Part shown: piece by piece, positions 31,946-45,386 of the stretch
Numbering within the stretch: position 1 is the first letter of the stretch
Layout: each line of letters begins with the position of its first letter
Assembly: GCF_009914755.1 (NCBI RefSeq)
Contig: NC_060944.1
Source: the human T2T-CHM13v2.0 reference genome, Homo sapiens
Length of the DNA stretch: 64,000 bases
Direction: 5' to 3' (one strand)
The notes under the pieces: model-generated
Databases searched by the model: none
What the model was told of the DNA's origin: nothing
What the model saw: the letters and a program-made list of their open reading frames with translations, nothing else
Translations under genes and position numbers: made by a program

Positions 31946-33190
31946 AACTGTAAACAAATATTGAACTTTAAGCTGAAGTACCTAGAAGGGAGGGTACAGA
32001 TGTCTACAACTTACTTTGAAATGCATCAAATAAGATGGACAAATGGATAGATATTTAAAGAAGTGCCGTAAAATGTGAATGGTAGAACTTAGGTGTTGGA
32101 TATAGTGTTCTCTGTAAAACTAACTTTTCTCTATGTTTGAAATTTTTCATTGTAAACTATTGGAGGGAGGAAAGATGGTGCTGGCTATAGTGATGGAAAA
32201 TGAATTTGAGGGGCCCAGATGAGATTCAGGAAAGCCAGTGAGGAGACTGTGGCGATTTTCCCAGGCAAGAAATGAGGAGGCCTGGGGGGAGGCCAGGGCA
32301 GTGGGGTAGAGAGGAGGGAGAGCCAGAGGCATCGTTTGTTGGGAGACTCAGGAGACGAGGGGCACAGTGAGGAATGACGGGAGACAGATCAGAAGTCAGG
32401 CCTAGCCTGCAAGGAAACCCAGGAGTGGCCTCTCTCAGGAGCAGCAGATGCTGAAAGTGCAGAAAGGTGAGGGGGGCTGGGGAAAGCAGCGGTCCTGAAT
32501 GCTCCTTTCCAACACTAAGGAAAACAGTGGATGAGCATCTGTGATGGCCCCACCTTTCAGTGGGTGTCCTCGCTCCCCCACTCCATGGGGCTGGGCTCCT
32601 CGTTGCCTCTTTCTCCCCTCCTGGGAGACTTGCTGATTAAGTGAGTAAATATTAGTGCAGAAACCCAACCCCTGTGCACAACTTCAAGGGAGGTGCCCTG
32701 TGGTTGCCCCATGCTTCCCTCCTGGCCACCAGGAATCAGGACAAGCAAAGAACACGACATTCACAGTCCAGGGAGGTCACACAGTCCGGAAAGGTACAAA
32801 GGGTTTGGAGAACTCACTTCATTTGGTTTGGGAGCCTCCGCAGGTGGACACGGTAAGAGATCTTAATCTGACTCACACACTCTCAAAAAGAGAGCAAAGG
32901 CATTCTTGATGCATCCTAGAGAGCTTGGTTGAGGGTTGCCTGCAAGTGTTGGCTGCCTACCACGCCATTGGTGGTGGTGAGAAAATGAGTCACCTTCCTA
33001 CTCTCTCTCAGTTGTTCTGAAGATATCACGGAGAAAGGCTCGGCACAGTGCTGAAATGTCTTCAATGCCTCTCCAACCACTCGCTACCTTCCCCCTTAGA
33101 AAGAAAGTAGGCAACATTTGATAGCCAGAGTTCAACAAAATGTTTCTACTTGTTTCCATTGTGACTTTGGAAAGGGCATTTCACCTCTGT

Positions 33191-33423
33191 AAACAGCATC
33201 ACTTGCCATAAACAGTCAGTGATGATGGGACTATAGTGATGATGGGACTATAGTGATGATGATAAGGGCGACGAGTTTAATGGGTACTTATCACGTGCCA
33301 AGTGCTCTTGGGAGTAAAAGTGAACCTGGCACATGATAAGTAATCATTAAGCTTAATCGCCACCCTTATTATGGTCACTATAGTCCCATCATCACTGGCT
33401 ATTTATGGCAAGTGATATTGTTT
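33191..33423. repeat. ~230 bp imperfect palindrome (inverted duplication)
   Basis: 33191-33303 is the reverse complement of 33324-33423, apart from a 17-bp tandem duplication in the left arm. Confidence 0.9.
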
Positions 33424-33472
33424 TTTTCACTTTGGGTAGCATACACAGTTTTCTGTTAGAAATAGATCTAAT

Positions 33473-33790
<318 letters not shown>

Positions 33791-34157
33791 ATAGATCAAA
33801 TTTATTTGAGTTTTCAAAAGTTATTTCATTTGCCAAGATGCATGCTAAGTCCATAAAAACCCAGGCATTGGCAGATATGGAGAAGCTAAAGGTAGTTGTC
33901 AGGGGTAGGTGAGGACAGTATATAAATGACAGGTGCTTGGGAGATTCTGGCCGAAGGTGAAGAGCATGGGCTTTGCAGTCAGATAGACCCGAGTTTATAT
34001 CCTGGCTTTTTGTCACAGTAGCTGTGTGACCTCGAGCAAGTTACCAGGCCTTTTTGTATCCCCATTTCCTTCTCTGTGCCATAGGGGATAACAGTGGACC
34101 TGCAGGTCTGAGGCTCAGCTAGGCCGGTAGTGAGCACTCAGGAATGGGAGGGCCATT

Positions 34158-34474
<317 letters not shown>

Positions 34475-34578
34475 TTATATTATACATTTCATAAAGCTCC
34501 CTTCCTTTCATACATTGTTGGCCCCCAAAACTGTGTTCCAAAGTCAAATGCGTGGAAGATGAATAGAGGGAGGGTCAC

Positions 34579-34587
34579 GTGTGTGTA

Positions 34588-34623
<36 letters not shown>
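34579..34623. repeat. (TG)n microsatellite
   Basis: Directly visible. Confidence 0.95.
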
Positions 34624-36210
34624 GCAGGGGTGTTGAGTGTTGGTTGGGGGAGGGCATCCAGGGCGTTCCCAGGAGGCTGAAACCTCTCATGAGCCTCTGA
34701 TGGTGTCGTTTCAGGATCCTACACATGTTCTCATTTTTGTTCCGCATCATGACTGAGATAATCGCACATTGTGACTGTATATTTATTTGTCTGTTTCTTG
34801 CTCTCCCTCCGTCTCTGTCTCCCCAGGACACTGTGAGCCCCAGGAGGGCAGGGGCTGATCTGTGGGCTCCCTGCTATATCCAAGGCACCCAGCTCTGTGT
34901 CCACACAGAGGGTGTGTAAGGTGCATTTGCTGACTGACAAACTGACCTGCTAGCCGACTGCATCTGTTTGTGCCACCAGTCTTGAATTACTAAAGAAAAT
35001 TAGAGGGTTGGGAGAGAAATACTGGGGGACTGACCCCTAAAATCATACAAGCCCTGCAACATAGCAAAGTCTTAGGCTCTAGCCTGCTCCAGCCTCTCTG
35101 GCCCTGCCCTGGGCTGCTAGTGGAACCTCTCCCGCCCTCCTGACCTGGAGAGACTGGAGATGGGGTGGGGGTGGGGGCTGCCTCAAGAATCTATCTCCAA
35201 GGATGGCCATTTGAGGGCAGATGAGGTTAAACCTCCAAGCACCCCAAACTGAGGCTCCCAACTTGAGGGACTCAGCTGCCCCCAGGGGCCTGGTCCAGTG
35301 ATTCCCCCATCTCCCAGGGACCTGCCCATTTCCCAAGCCCCCCACTCAATAGTCACACCGTTTTCAAGGACAGGTAGACACTGGTACGTGAGGGTTCTCA
35401 CAACAGCTGAACTTTGTAAGTCACCCCTTCCTGTCTTCCTTTATCTAGTTACAGCTAGACAATATGATATGATATCAATCAGAGCAACTGCAATACCAGT
35501 CACAGAAATCCCAGTGTCAAGAGTTCCTTCTGGGGTTCCCCGCTTTGCTTTAAGTGAGCGTGCTGTGAGTATGTCCCAGCTCCTGTCCCCTGCAGCACCG
35601 CTATTGTGAAGTCAAAGTGAGTTAACACCATGCTCAGGGCAGGGCCTGGAAAGAGGACCTGCTCATCTGATTGGGTGGTTTCCATGTCAAGGCCAGGCAC
35701 AGCACAGGCCGACAGCTGGGGCCCAGAGCCCCTTTTGCCAGGCACAGACTGCAGGCACAGAGAGGTGAGGACATTTGCCTGAGGCCACACAGTAGGGGCG
35801 GGTCACCGCGTAGTGTGTCCAGGTGCACTCTCCACAGGCCGCCCAGCTCCCTCCTGAGCTTCAGAAAGCACCCAAGAGATTGGCAGAGAGAGGAGAGAGA
35901 CAGTGGGTAAGAGAGAGACAGGGCAGGGACAGCCTGAGGAGGAGGGAAGGAGAGACAGAAAGAGAAGGGGATGGCAAGAGCAAGACAGAGACCTCTGGGA
36001 AAGCCAGACAGTGAAGACAAGCAGGCTACCCGAGGCCTGGTTTTGAGGATCTGAGCACACTGTCCCCTGCCTTGGGGGAGGCTCCATACAGCCCACAGCG
36101 TTCTGGGAGGCACTGAGGGCCTCAGGACCCCAGCCCTGCTTGTGCTCCATTCCCATCCCCAATCCCATCTCACCTCCAGCCCCTGGTTCTGACTCCTCAT
36201 GAGAACATCC

Positions 36211-36620
36211 CCAGCTCCCCTTCCCTGCCACCCGCCCCACTCCCTTCCCCTCCAGCCCACCTTCCCTGCCACCCGCCCCACTCCCTTCCCCTCCAGCCCA
36301 CCTTCCCTGCCACCCGCCCCACTCCCTTCCCCTCCAGCCCACCTTCCCTGCCACCCGCCCCACTCCCTTCCCCTCCAGCTCCCCTTCCCTGCCACCCGCC
36401 CCACTCCCTTCCCCTCCAGCCCACCTTCCCTGCCACCCACCCCACTCCCTTCCCCTCCAGCCCACCTTCCCTGCCACCCGCCCCACTCCCTTCCCCTCCA
36501 GCCCACCTTCCCTGCCACCCGCCCCACTCCCTTCCCCTCCAGCCCACCTTCCCTGCCACCCGCCCCACTCCCTTCCCCTCCAGCCCACCTTCCCTGCCAC
36601 CCGCCCCACTCCCTTCCCCT
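36211..36620. repeat. Minisatellite/VNTR, 10 x 41 bp (CCAGCCCACCTTCCCTGCCACCCGCCCCACTCCCTTCCCCT)
   Basis: Ten near-identical units. Copies 1 and 5 share one variant and copy 6 has another. Confidence 0.95.
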
Positions 36621-36796
36621 TCAAGCGACTCAGGCAAGCTCCCAGACACTCTTTCCAAAACCCACCCTCCTTCCTTTGCCCCTGAAAGGCTCCCACTCTG
36701 GAATGCCCTCCCCTCCTAACACATCCCTATCCCTTAAGCCCAGATCAAATGTCACCTCTTCCAGGAAGCCTTCTCTGAACTATTCCCCAGGGAAGC

Positions 36797-37534
36797 ATTG
36801 TGATGCCATTGCTGATAGCAGCAACAAAAGCCCAGTCATGCCAGTTCCAGAATCACCAGGAAAGAAAGAAAGAAATCATTTTTCCCCTCCCTAATCAGGC
36901 AGGTTATCCCCTTCTGGGCCCCACTGAGCTGCCAGCGACTGTCACACACGAGGCAGGTGCCAGCCTCCCTCTCTCTCAGTGCTGACCATACCATCTGTGT
37001 GTTTGCCCCTGTTCTACTGTTTGACATACTTGACCTGTGCTGGCCTTATTAAGCCCATCCTGTCTGCACCCTGGCATTTGTATTGCTCGTCTGGCCCTAA
37101 TAACAATCCCTGTGTCACCTCTATCCTGGTACTTTGCACACTTGGCCAAGGCTCACGGCAGTGAAAGCAACACATCACCCTGCCTGGGTTCCCATTCCTG
37201 GAGCTCTGAGCCTACGCACATGCTGCCCACGTGGATGAAAATCCCAGCACTCAGCCGGCTGCCTGCATCCACCTCTGTTGGGTCACCCAACACACCTTCA
37301 TCAACTGGACTGTGGGCCCCACGAGGGCAGAGATCTGGTCTTTGTCTCCCCCCAAGAGCTAGGACAGCTTCCAACTTAGCCAGGGTTCATTTGCACTGAA
37401 TTTAATCTATTTCTGTCCCACAAAAGAGGGATTATGTTGTAAGTTCCAGTAATGATTTCTTTATTTCTTTCCTGGTGGTTCCGGGACCGGCATGACTGGG
37501 CGTTTGTTGCTGCTATCAGCAATGGCATCACAAT
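36797..37534. repeat. 84-bp inverted repeat (arms 36797-36880 and 37451-37534)
   Basis: The arms are reverse complements with 6 mismatches in 84. Confidence 0.93.
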
Positions 37535-39073
37535 AATTCCTCAGAGTCCCAGGTTGGTGGGGGCTGTGGGTCGGGCATTGGGAAAGGAATGAGGTTTCCT
37601 CCACTCCCTTGTCCTGCGCCCAACCTTTATTGACTCATTTGCAGGCCATTTAGTGGGGTTGTTTACATATCCAATACATATATTTAGTGTAAACATTTTT
37701 TTAATTCTGAAAAATACCAAGAAGATGGTGAAAGTGACCTGTGATCACACCACCAAGAAACGTGTACTGTTGATGCATTTCCTTCCAGTATTTTTTTCTA
37801 GATTAAAAAAAATTTTTTTTTGTTAAAAAATAGAAGAAACAGTTTCCCTTTTCACTTACTTCTGTTGGTTGGTCTACATTGTTTTGTGATGGCTGCCTGG
37901 TGGCCCACGGTTTATTTAATAAATCCCATTGCTGGATGTTAAGGCGGGTCCCACTTTAGGGCTATTCCAGGTAAGGCTGCAGTGAGCATCCTCACAGTTC
38001 TCTATGCTCAAATCACTGGCCAGTTCCCTTGGCAGAACCTCCACTGACCCTGGGTCAATGGGTTTGATCTTCCTAACAACATACTTGACCTCAGAAACAG
38101 CCCAGTCCTCATTGCATAAGAACTGAGCCCCCTCCACTATAAGCAAAGGTCATCACAGCCAGCCTGGCCACTGCATCGTGGAGCCCAACATCTTTATTCT
38201 ATAGCTGGGGAGACTGAGGCTCAGAGAGAACTGACTTATCCAAAACCAGCCCAAAGGTAGTGGCAAACTCCATGTCATCTAGGGATTTTCTCCCCACTCC
38301 ATTATCTTTAATATTTTGCAAGAAAATCCATAATCCTTAACAAGGATGCTGGTGGGATGTAGCAAGGATGAAGCATCTGTGTCTGCTCATGACCGACATT
38401 GTTAATCAATCACCACATTCTCTCCTGCTGAGCCCAGACCCTTGAAAGCTTCAAGAGCCATCACCAGGCAGCTGAAATTGGTACAAGAGCAAAATGCTTC
38501 TACCATGCTGGTGGAGCATCTTTGGTGGCAACAATGGAGGACCTGAGCTTCTTTAGGAGTGGCTTGAATTCTTGCTTTCCTTCTTTCTTTCGAGCCAGTG
38601 ACAGTTGGCAAGGCCTCTGATTTCCATCTGTCCACGTCATCAGAAACCCTCTCTGGTTTTCCGCATGACTGCAGTCTTCCCAGGAGAGCTTGGCCCTCGT
38701 TCTGGCTGGAGATGGTAGGGCAGGCTGGGTCAGTGCGTGGAGCATGGGCTCTCAATTCAGACAGAAATGGGTCCCAATCCTGGCCCTCTGCTTTATGGTT
38801 GTGGGACCTTAGGCAAGTCAATTCCCTTCTCCAAGGTCCTACTTCATCTGGAAAATGGGAGGATAAAAACCCCTATTTTCTCCTCTCTTGGCCTCAGTTT
38901 GGTGATCTGTAGAATGGAGATGATCTTTTCCACTCTGCCATCTTGCTGTGTCTGAGCATCCAGCTTTGATTTAACATCAGATTATCTCCCCACCCCTAAC
39001 CGAGGCTTCTGTGGATCAGCTTGGTGGGAAAGGGGAGAAGAGGTGTGTGTTCTCTCCCTGCACTTCCCTCTCC

Positions 39074-39079
<6 letters not shown>

Positions 39080-39110
<31 letters not shown>
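39080..39110. repeat. (TC)n microsatellite
   Basis: Directly visible. Confidence 0.9.
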
Positions 39111-39114
<4 letters not shown>

Positions 39115-40246
39115 CAGAAGGAAGAAAAGGGGCAGGAGAATTTTCCTTTGACTGATATTGTTGCCAGGTAGTTCCCAACTCTCTGGGGAGCCCAAAAAAT
39201 GTTGAGAGCCAAGTCTTGTCGGCACCTTCAAAGAGGTAGTCTTACCTCCCTGTGGGGCTTCTTGACCTGCACCCCCCACACCAGGGCAGAGCCTCTTTGA
39301 TGGCTAACTGTCCCGCAGGCCACCCCAGCCACTCCCAGCCCCTGGTTCTCTAGCGTCCTCTCCAGGTGGTGATACTAGGAAGGACTTCAAGCAGCCCTAG
39401 ACCGATCTTCGTCTTGCAGGGTCCACACCCGGCCCTGGGAAAACACACACACACATGCGCTTTGACCCTGCCCAGAGGGAACAGAGAGCAGTAATTTTCC
39501 ACTTACGGAAGTCACTTTGCCCAACATGACTTCAACTCATCAGGAGACACAACCCAGTCTACTGCAAGCCCCAACTCCAGGGGAGACAAACCTCAAGCCC
39601 CTAAGTGGTCCCTGAAAAGGTCCCTCCTGCTAGGCCTGCATTGAGGCCCAAACACCTCCTGCCCTCCTCCCTGGGAGAGGAGGAGGGACCACAGCTGTCT
39701 CCCAAGAAATACCTCTGCCATCTTCTTCCTGTCCCTTCTTGGCCCTTTCGTTGCCTTAATCTGGGTCAGGGCCCCCTGCATGAGAGATGCAGGAGCTGTG
39801 CAACTGGTTTTTAGCCACTGCTTGGTCTGTGGCCCAGGACCTCTCCTTGGTATACAGCATCTGGGAAATCATGGTGCCTAAAACAACACTCAAGTTTTCA
39901 GACCCAGTTCCAGTAAATGCTAGTAAGGACACCCTCAGTGTGCAGCAAAAAGAGCCCTACCTTAGAGAGGGTGGTCCCCTTGTCCCCTGCTCCCCCACCC
40001 CACCCCAGGAGGCAACACTGTAGCTGAGACTTGGTGAATTAGAAGAAGCCAGAATGAGAGCTGGAAGGAGAGCGCTCCTGGGATAAGGCCAGCATGTGCG
40101 CAGGCCCTGGGGTGGGAGTGAGAGGAGCGAGGGATGAAGTAGAGAGAGGTGAGGGCTGAAAGGTGGCCAGCAGCCAAACATGCTGGGAAGAGGACATCCA
40201 GGCCAGGTGGAGCAGCAGTCAGGCAGCTTTATGCAGATGTTGCGTT

Positions 40247-40540
40247 CTTTTTTGTGTGTGTGAGACAGAGTCTTGCTCTGTAGCCCGGGCGGGAGTGCAG
40301 TGGTGCGATCTTGGCTCACTGCAACCTCTGCCTCCTGGGTTCAAGTGGTTCCCCTGCCTCAGCCTTCTGAGTAACTGGGTCTACAGGCACGTGCCACCTA
40401 AAAACCATGCCCGTCTAATTTTTTTTTTTTTTTTTTTTTAGAGACAGGGTTTCACCATGTTGACCAGGCTGATCTCAAACTCCTGACCTCAGGTAATCCA
40501 CCAGTATTTGCCTCCCAAAATGCTGGTATTACAGGTGTGA
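40247..40540 (-). mobile_element. Alu
   Basis: Antisense Alu. Confidence 0.92.
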
Positions 40541-42303
40541 ATTTACCACTTGCTGAATTCTCTGATGTTTCAAGCATTTCTCATGACCTTACGAGACCCT
40601 CAAAATAGTCCCATTTCACAATGGAGGAAACAGTCTCATAGAGAAGAAGCAATTTTCCCAAGGCTGACAGCTGTCAGTATAGGAGCAGGAATCTGAGCCG
40701 TGTCTGTCGGCCTCCACAGGCTTCCTCCTGCACTCCTGCGCTTCTTCCCAGACAGGGCACAATTAGGTTTTCAGGAGGGTGAAGGAGGTACTCCAGAAAG
40801 AGGACACGGCACAAAAAGGCCTGGGAGCTGAAGAGAGGTGGAGCCAAGGCCAAGAGACGCCAGCAACCTGAGGAGGGGCCACGCGGTACTGAGGGCAGGT
40901 GTGGAGTCTGGGGACCATGGGCCTGCAGAGATGCAGCCAGCTTTGCTGTCCCAGCACGTGGCAGGAAGCAGGAGCTGATGCGGCCCCAGGTCTTGGCATT
41001 GGGCCCGAGCACCGCACAGAGGGTCATTGTCCATGGGCAGTGGGCATGGCCAGCTGGGAAGCCAAGCAGGGGCATTTGCCTCTCTGGAGATGTGCCCAAG
41101 GGATCGGCAGGGTCCTCCCAAGAGCTCTCTCAAAACACCTCACCTTTAGGTATTCAGGGCTTTTGGTGTGTTTGCAAACATGGCAGGACAGCAAACGCTC
41201 TTCACCTTGTTCTTCTTGTCAAAAAGCAGGAGGAAGAGACCAGCCAGGGCCTGGCCACGTACTTTGTGACCTCAGAACACTTACTGCCCCTGACTTGTCT
41301 GCTGCAGATGGAGACAGGATTCAACAATGGCCATCCCAGCTCTAAACCACAATTCCATTCTTCTAGACAAAAACTGGGTAGCAAGGATAATTCCCCAGAT
41401 GACATCAAAAGGCCATGTTGGTGTCACCACCACCTCCAGTGCTAAATTGAAGTCTCAGGGGAAGGACAGTGTGGCGGTTAAGAGGGTCCGGTCTGGACTG
41501 ATGATCGGGTTCAGGTCCCAAAGCTGGAATCCCTGGTCATGTGACCTTGAGCAAGTCACTCGCCTCTCTGAGCCTCAGGTGCCCTCTGTAACATTAACGC
41601 TGCTGATGCCCACCTCTGGGTGACTGTGCAGGCTGCGTGAGCCAAGACCTGGGCCCAGGTGGTGGATGACAGCGTCCTGCTGGGCTCTGACATTTGTCCT
41701 TTAGGTTCATGGTCATCCCTCCTTATTCTTTTGGTCCACAAGTGCTCATGGAGATTCCTAAAGATGCAGACAAGGTAGAGCAGATTTTAATTGCTGCGGA
41801 ATGAATGAATGAATGAAATGAAAGCCCATGCTAAGCACTGTGTAGGCATGCACTTCAACTCATGCTCTTAACAACCTATGAGGAGGAGCTACTATTATCC
41901 CCATGCTATAGATGAGGTCATTGGGGCCCAGAGAGGTGAAGTACCTTGCCCAAGGGCACACAGCAAAGCAGTGGCAAAAATAGGATTCAAATCTATTCTC
42001 CTGGGTGAATTAATTGATGGAGATGTGTATCTTTGATGTATTTAGGAATAAGGGGTGGGTAAGGCTACTCCTTCCTTTTCCCAAATTGATTATCTGGATT
42101 AAACAATTGTTGTAATCCCTCTACAAAGGCTCATCCTATTATAAGCAATAATAATATTAATGGCAACGGCCACTCACATTTATGGAGTGCTTATTCTGCT
42201 ATATGCACTGTGCTTCTCTCAGCCTGGACCTTCCTTTCTCCAAACCTCAGGAAGCTGGAGTCCCAAGGCTGCCTCCGGGCGGGGCTGTGGTTCAGCAGAA
42301 GCC

Positions 42304-42390
42304 ACAAATATTTACCTTGGAGACCTCGGCCTGGTCTGAGGCCTCTGCCTAAAGACAAAGCCTGTGCTGGGGTGTGCAGGATATAAGGTT
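42304..42390 (+). promoter_or_regulatory. BPIFB1: BPIFB1 core promoter: forkhead site (ACAAATATTTAC) and TATA-like GATATAAG
   Basis: TATAA at 42382-42386, ~30 nt upstream of the short non-coding first exon. Confidence 0.7.
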
Positions 42391-42411
42391 GGACTTCCAG
42401 ACCCACTGCCC

Positions 42412-42452
42412 GGGAGAGGAGAGGAGCGGGCCGAGGACTCCAGCGTGCCCAG
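42412..42452 (+). other. BPIFB1: BPIFB1 non-coding exon 1 (start approximate)
   Basis: Lies downstream of the TATA box and ends at the donor CAG|GTAAAA. BPIF genes typically have a non-coding first exon. Confidence 0.75.
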
Positions 42453-44069
42453 GTAAAAGTAGGGAAGGGGCTGAAAGCCAAGGTTGCCAGGAAGGTTCTG
42501 AGCTAGAGATACCTGTTGGGGTCAGGTCAGGAGCACAGGGGAGGCTCGCCCTCAGGGAAGGGCCCTCGGTGAGTCAGGATCCGCTGAGGGTCAGGGCCAG
42601 GTGTAGAGAGATGCCCAGCTCCCTCGCCCAGAGGACCAAAGGGCAGTGACGAAGGGATGGGGCTGGCTGAGTGTTTTCCTGACCTCTTCCTAGTGACATA
42701 AACCCACTCTGCACATACCAGTTGCTCTGTCCCAGCTGTGCTGCGGTGGTGCTGGGACAAAAGAAGCATGAGACGCAGACTCTGTCCCTCAAAGAACTCC
42801 CAGTGCAGGACAATGTGGTGCCCAAGGAAGACCCAGGGACATGGGAGTGGAGGACAGTCAAAGAAGGGATCCTGGAAGAGGTGATGTGTTGGTTGCAAAG
42901 CCGAGTAGAAGGCGATTGGGCAAAGGAGGAGAGAAAGATATTCCACGAAGGGGAACTAGCAGAAGCAAAGGCTGGGAGAGGAGGTGCCATATGACAGGGG
43001 CGTGTGTGGTGCCTGGATCTGGGGGAGGAGAGTCTTTTCCACAGGAGGGAAACAGGGATGCTACCATCCTCGTGGGTCCCTGGGTTTCTCTGATCCAAAG
43101 AGGACTGAGCAGTGTGTACAGATAATGCAGGACAGACAGAGTCAAGGTATTTGCAAGGAAAATATGGAGTGGGGCCACAGGGGTGCCTGGATGCCGGGGT
43201 TCAGCTCTGTCTTCTGGCTTTGGCTGCAAGGTGTCTCCTTCTGACTCCAATATTAGTAATAATACCTGTCATAATTATCGTGGAAGCTACCATCTACTGA
43301 ACGCTTGGCCATGCCAGGCCACAAATAGATTGTCTCATTTAATCTTCCCAAAAAGCCTATGACATAAGTACTATAATTATTCCCCATTTTATAGATGAGT
43401 AAATGGAGGCTCAGAAAGGGTAAGTCACTTGTCAAAGATCACAGAGCAAGTGGTAGAGGCAGGCCTCCAACTAGGGTTCATCTGGCTGCCAAGCCAATAA
43501 TATTTTCCCCTCCACCTTCAGGCCTCCTAACACTAACCTTTTCAGCTTAGCAGGCTCAGATTTCCAATTCTTTCGGGGCTTCCAGAGGCTATGCAATTAT
43601 TCAGCAGCCATTTATTAAGCACCTGGTCTATGCCAACCACTATACTGGATGCCAGGGACACAGCAGGGAGCAGGCAGACCCAGCCCTCCCTCCCAGAGCT
43701 CACAGCTTGGTCAGGGAAGCAGAGGCTGAATCATTATTGCAAGGGTCTCAGAAGAGCTCACACTGCTCCAGGGCACAGGAGACACATGTCATCCGGATGC
43801 CACATTTGTCTTTGGCAAAAAGAAATCCACATGCTGAACCAAGCGAGGGGCTCAGATCTCTGCAGCGTCTCCCCTCCCTCCAAGCAGGACAGTCCACAGG
43901 GGCAGGAGCTTCCATGGGGGGCTGGCAGACAGAGCCAGGGTGCAAGCTGGAGAGCTCAGGACTGGACTACAGATGTTGATGCCACACCCCTGTGGAGGGA
44001 GGGGACAGAGCAGCCAAGGGGCCAGAATACCCCCAAGCTCCTCTCCCTGGCATGAGCCACAGGGCCCTT

Positions 44070-44100
<31 letters not shown>

Positions 44101-44629
44101 GCCCTTCTTTTCCTGGCTCCAAGAAGCCATTCAGTCCCTCCCCAGCCCCCTTAGTATTGCAGATTAAGCAAAGAGCTTTTTCACAACTTTGAGTCCTACC
44201 TGGCTCCTCATTTCCTTCCTGCCTCCAACCTTCATGTCTTGGGCCCCAGGACAACATTTCTCCAAGTGTGGTCCAGGTTCCCTGTCTGCAGGACAGGGGA
44301 AGCTTTATAGGGAAAGTGACAAATCTTGGCAGGGTTTTAAAGGATGAATAGGAGTTCATCAGGGAGATATGGGAGGAGAAAAGCATTCCAGGAAGCAAGG
44401 AAGAGCAAGAGCAAAGGCACGGACACAGGAGAGAACACAGTATGTTCTGAGACCTTCCAACTGCTTGGAACTTGCTAGAACAAGGGGAGAGAAAGCAGGA
44501 GGTGAGGTCAGCAGACGGTGAACCATAGAGGGTTTTAAGTGTCAGACTGAGGGGTGGGAGACACGGGAAGCAGAAGTTCTTTGTTCTGAGCATTGTTGCT
44601 GGATTTTCTGTAAGAAAATAGCTAATACA

Positions 44630-44932
44630 GGCTGGGCGCGGTGGCTCACGCCTGTAATCCCAGCACTTTGGGAGGCCGAGGTGGGCAGATCACGAGGTCA
44701 GGAGATCGAGACCATCCTGGCTAACACGGTGAAACCCCGTCTCTACTAAAAATACAAAAAAAAAAATTAGCCTGGCGCGGTGGTGGGTGTCTGTAGTCCC
44801 AACTACTCAGGAGGCTGAGGCAGGAGAATGGTGTGAACTCAGGAGGTGGAGCTTGCAGTGAGCCGAGATGGCACCACTGCACTCCAGCCTGGGTGACAGA
44901 GCGAGACTCTGTCTCAAAAAAAAAAAAAAAGA
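44630..44932 (+). mobile_element. AluY with 18-bp TSD AAGAAAATAGCTAATACA
   Basis: AluY diagnostics (gagatcgagaccatcctggctaacacgg); TSD at 44612-44629 and 44933-44950. Confidence 0.96.
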
Positions 44933-45271
44933 AAGAAAATAGCTAATACATTCCAAGTGCTTACCATGTGAAAGACACCGTGCTAAATGCTTTCCAGATA
45001 TTAACTCACTTAATCCCTCAACTCTGGGAAGCTGGGGTCATTATCCCCATTTGTCTGATAAGAAAACTGAGGCACAAAGAGGTTACGTTGATTGCCTAAG
45101 GCTACACAGCTAGCCCAGGCAGTTAAACACTGCACTCAACAGCCTCTCCTGGACACCGTGCCCCAGGTCACCGGGCATCATGGGCCTGCCCTTGGCCCCT
45201 CTGCCTCAGGTCCCTCTGTGCTCACCCCAGGTCTGGCATCCTGCACTTGCTGCCCTCTGACACCTGGGAAG

Positions 45272-45386
45272 ATGGCCGGCCCGTGGACCTTCACCCTTCT
45301 CTGTGGTTTGCTGGCAGCCACCTTGATCCAAGCCACCCTCAGTCCCACTGCAGTTCTCATCCTCGGCCCAAAAGTCATCAAAGAAA
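45272..45386 (+). CDS. BPIFB1: BPIFB1 (LPLUNC1) exon 2 coding part, signal peptide [38 protein letters not shown]
   Basis: The exon starts at 45231 (ccccAG). ATG in AAGATGG context; donor GTAAGT. Confidence 0.97.

Noticed and set aside
32815-33100. Two exon-like segments on the minus strand (AG...GT) translating EALKTFQHCAEPF and CVSQIKISYRVHLRRL
   Set aside because: They contain in-frame stops and resemble no protein I recognise, so chance cannot be excluded.
36211-36620. CRISPR-like array
   Set aside because: These are head-to-tail tandem units without unique spacers, in human DNA.
35634-36894. Long ORFs (297, 297, 231, 153 aa) with repetitive Gly/Pro-rich translations
   Set aside because: They are artefacts of the stop-free 41-bp VNTR, open in several frames, with no gene structure.
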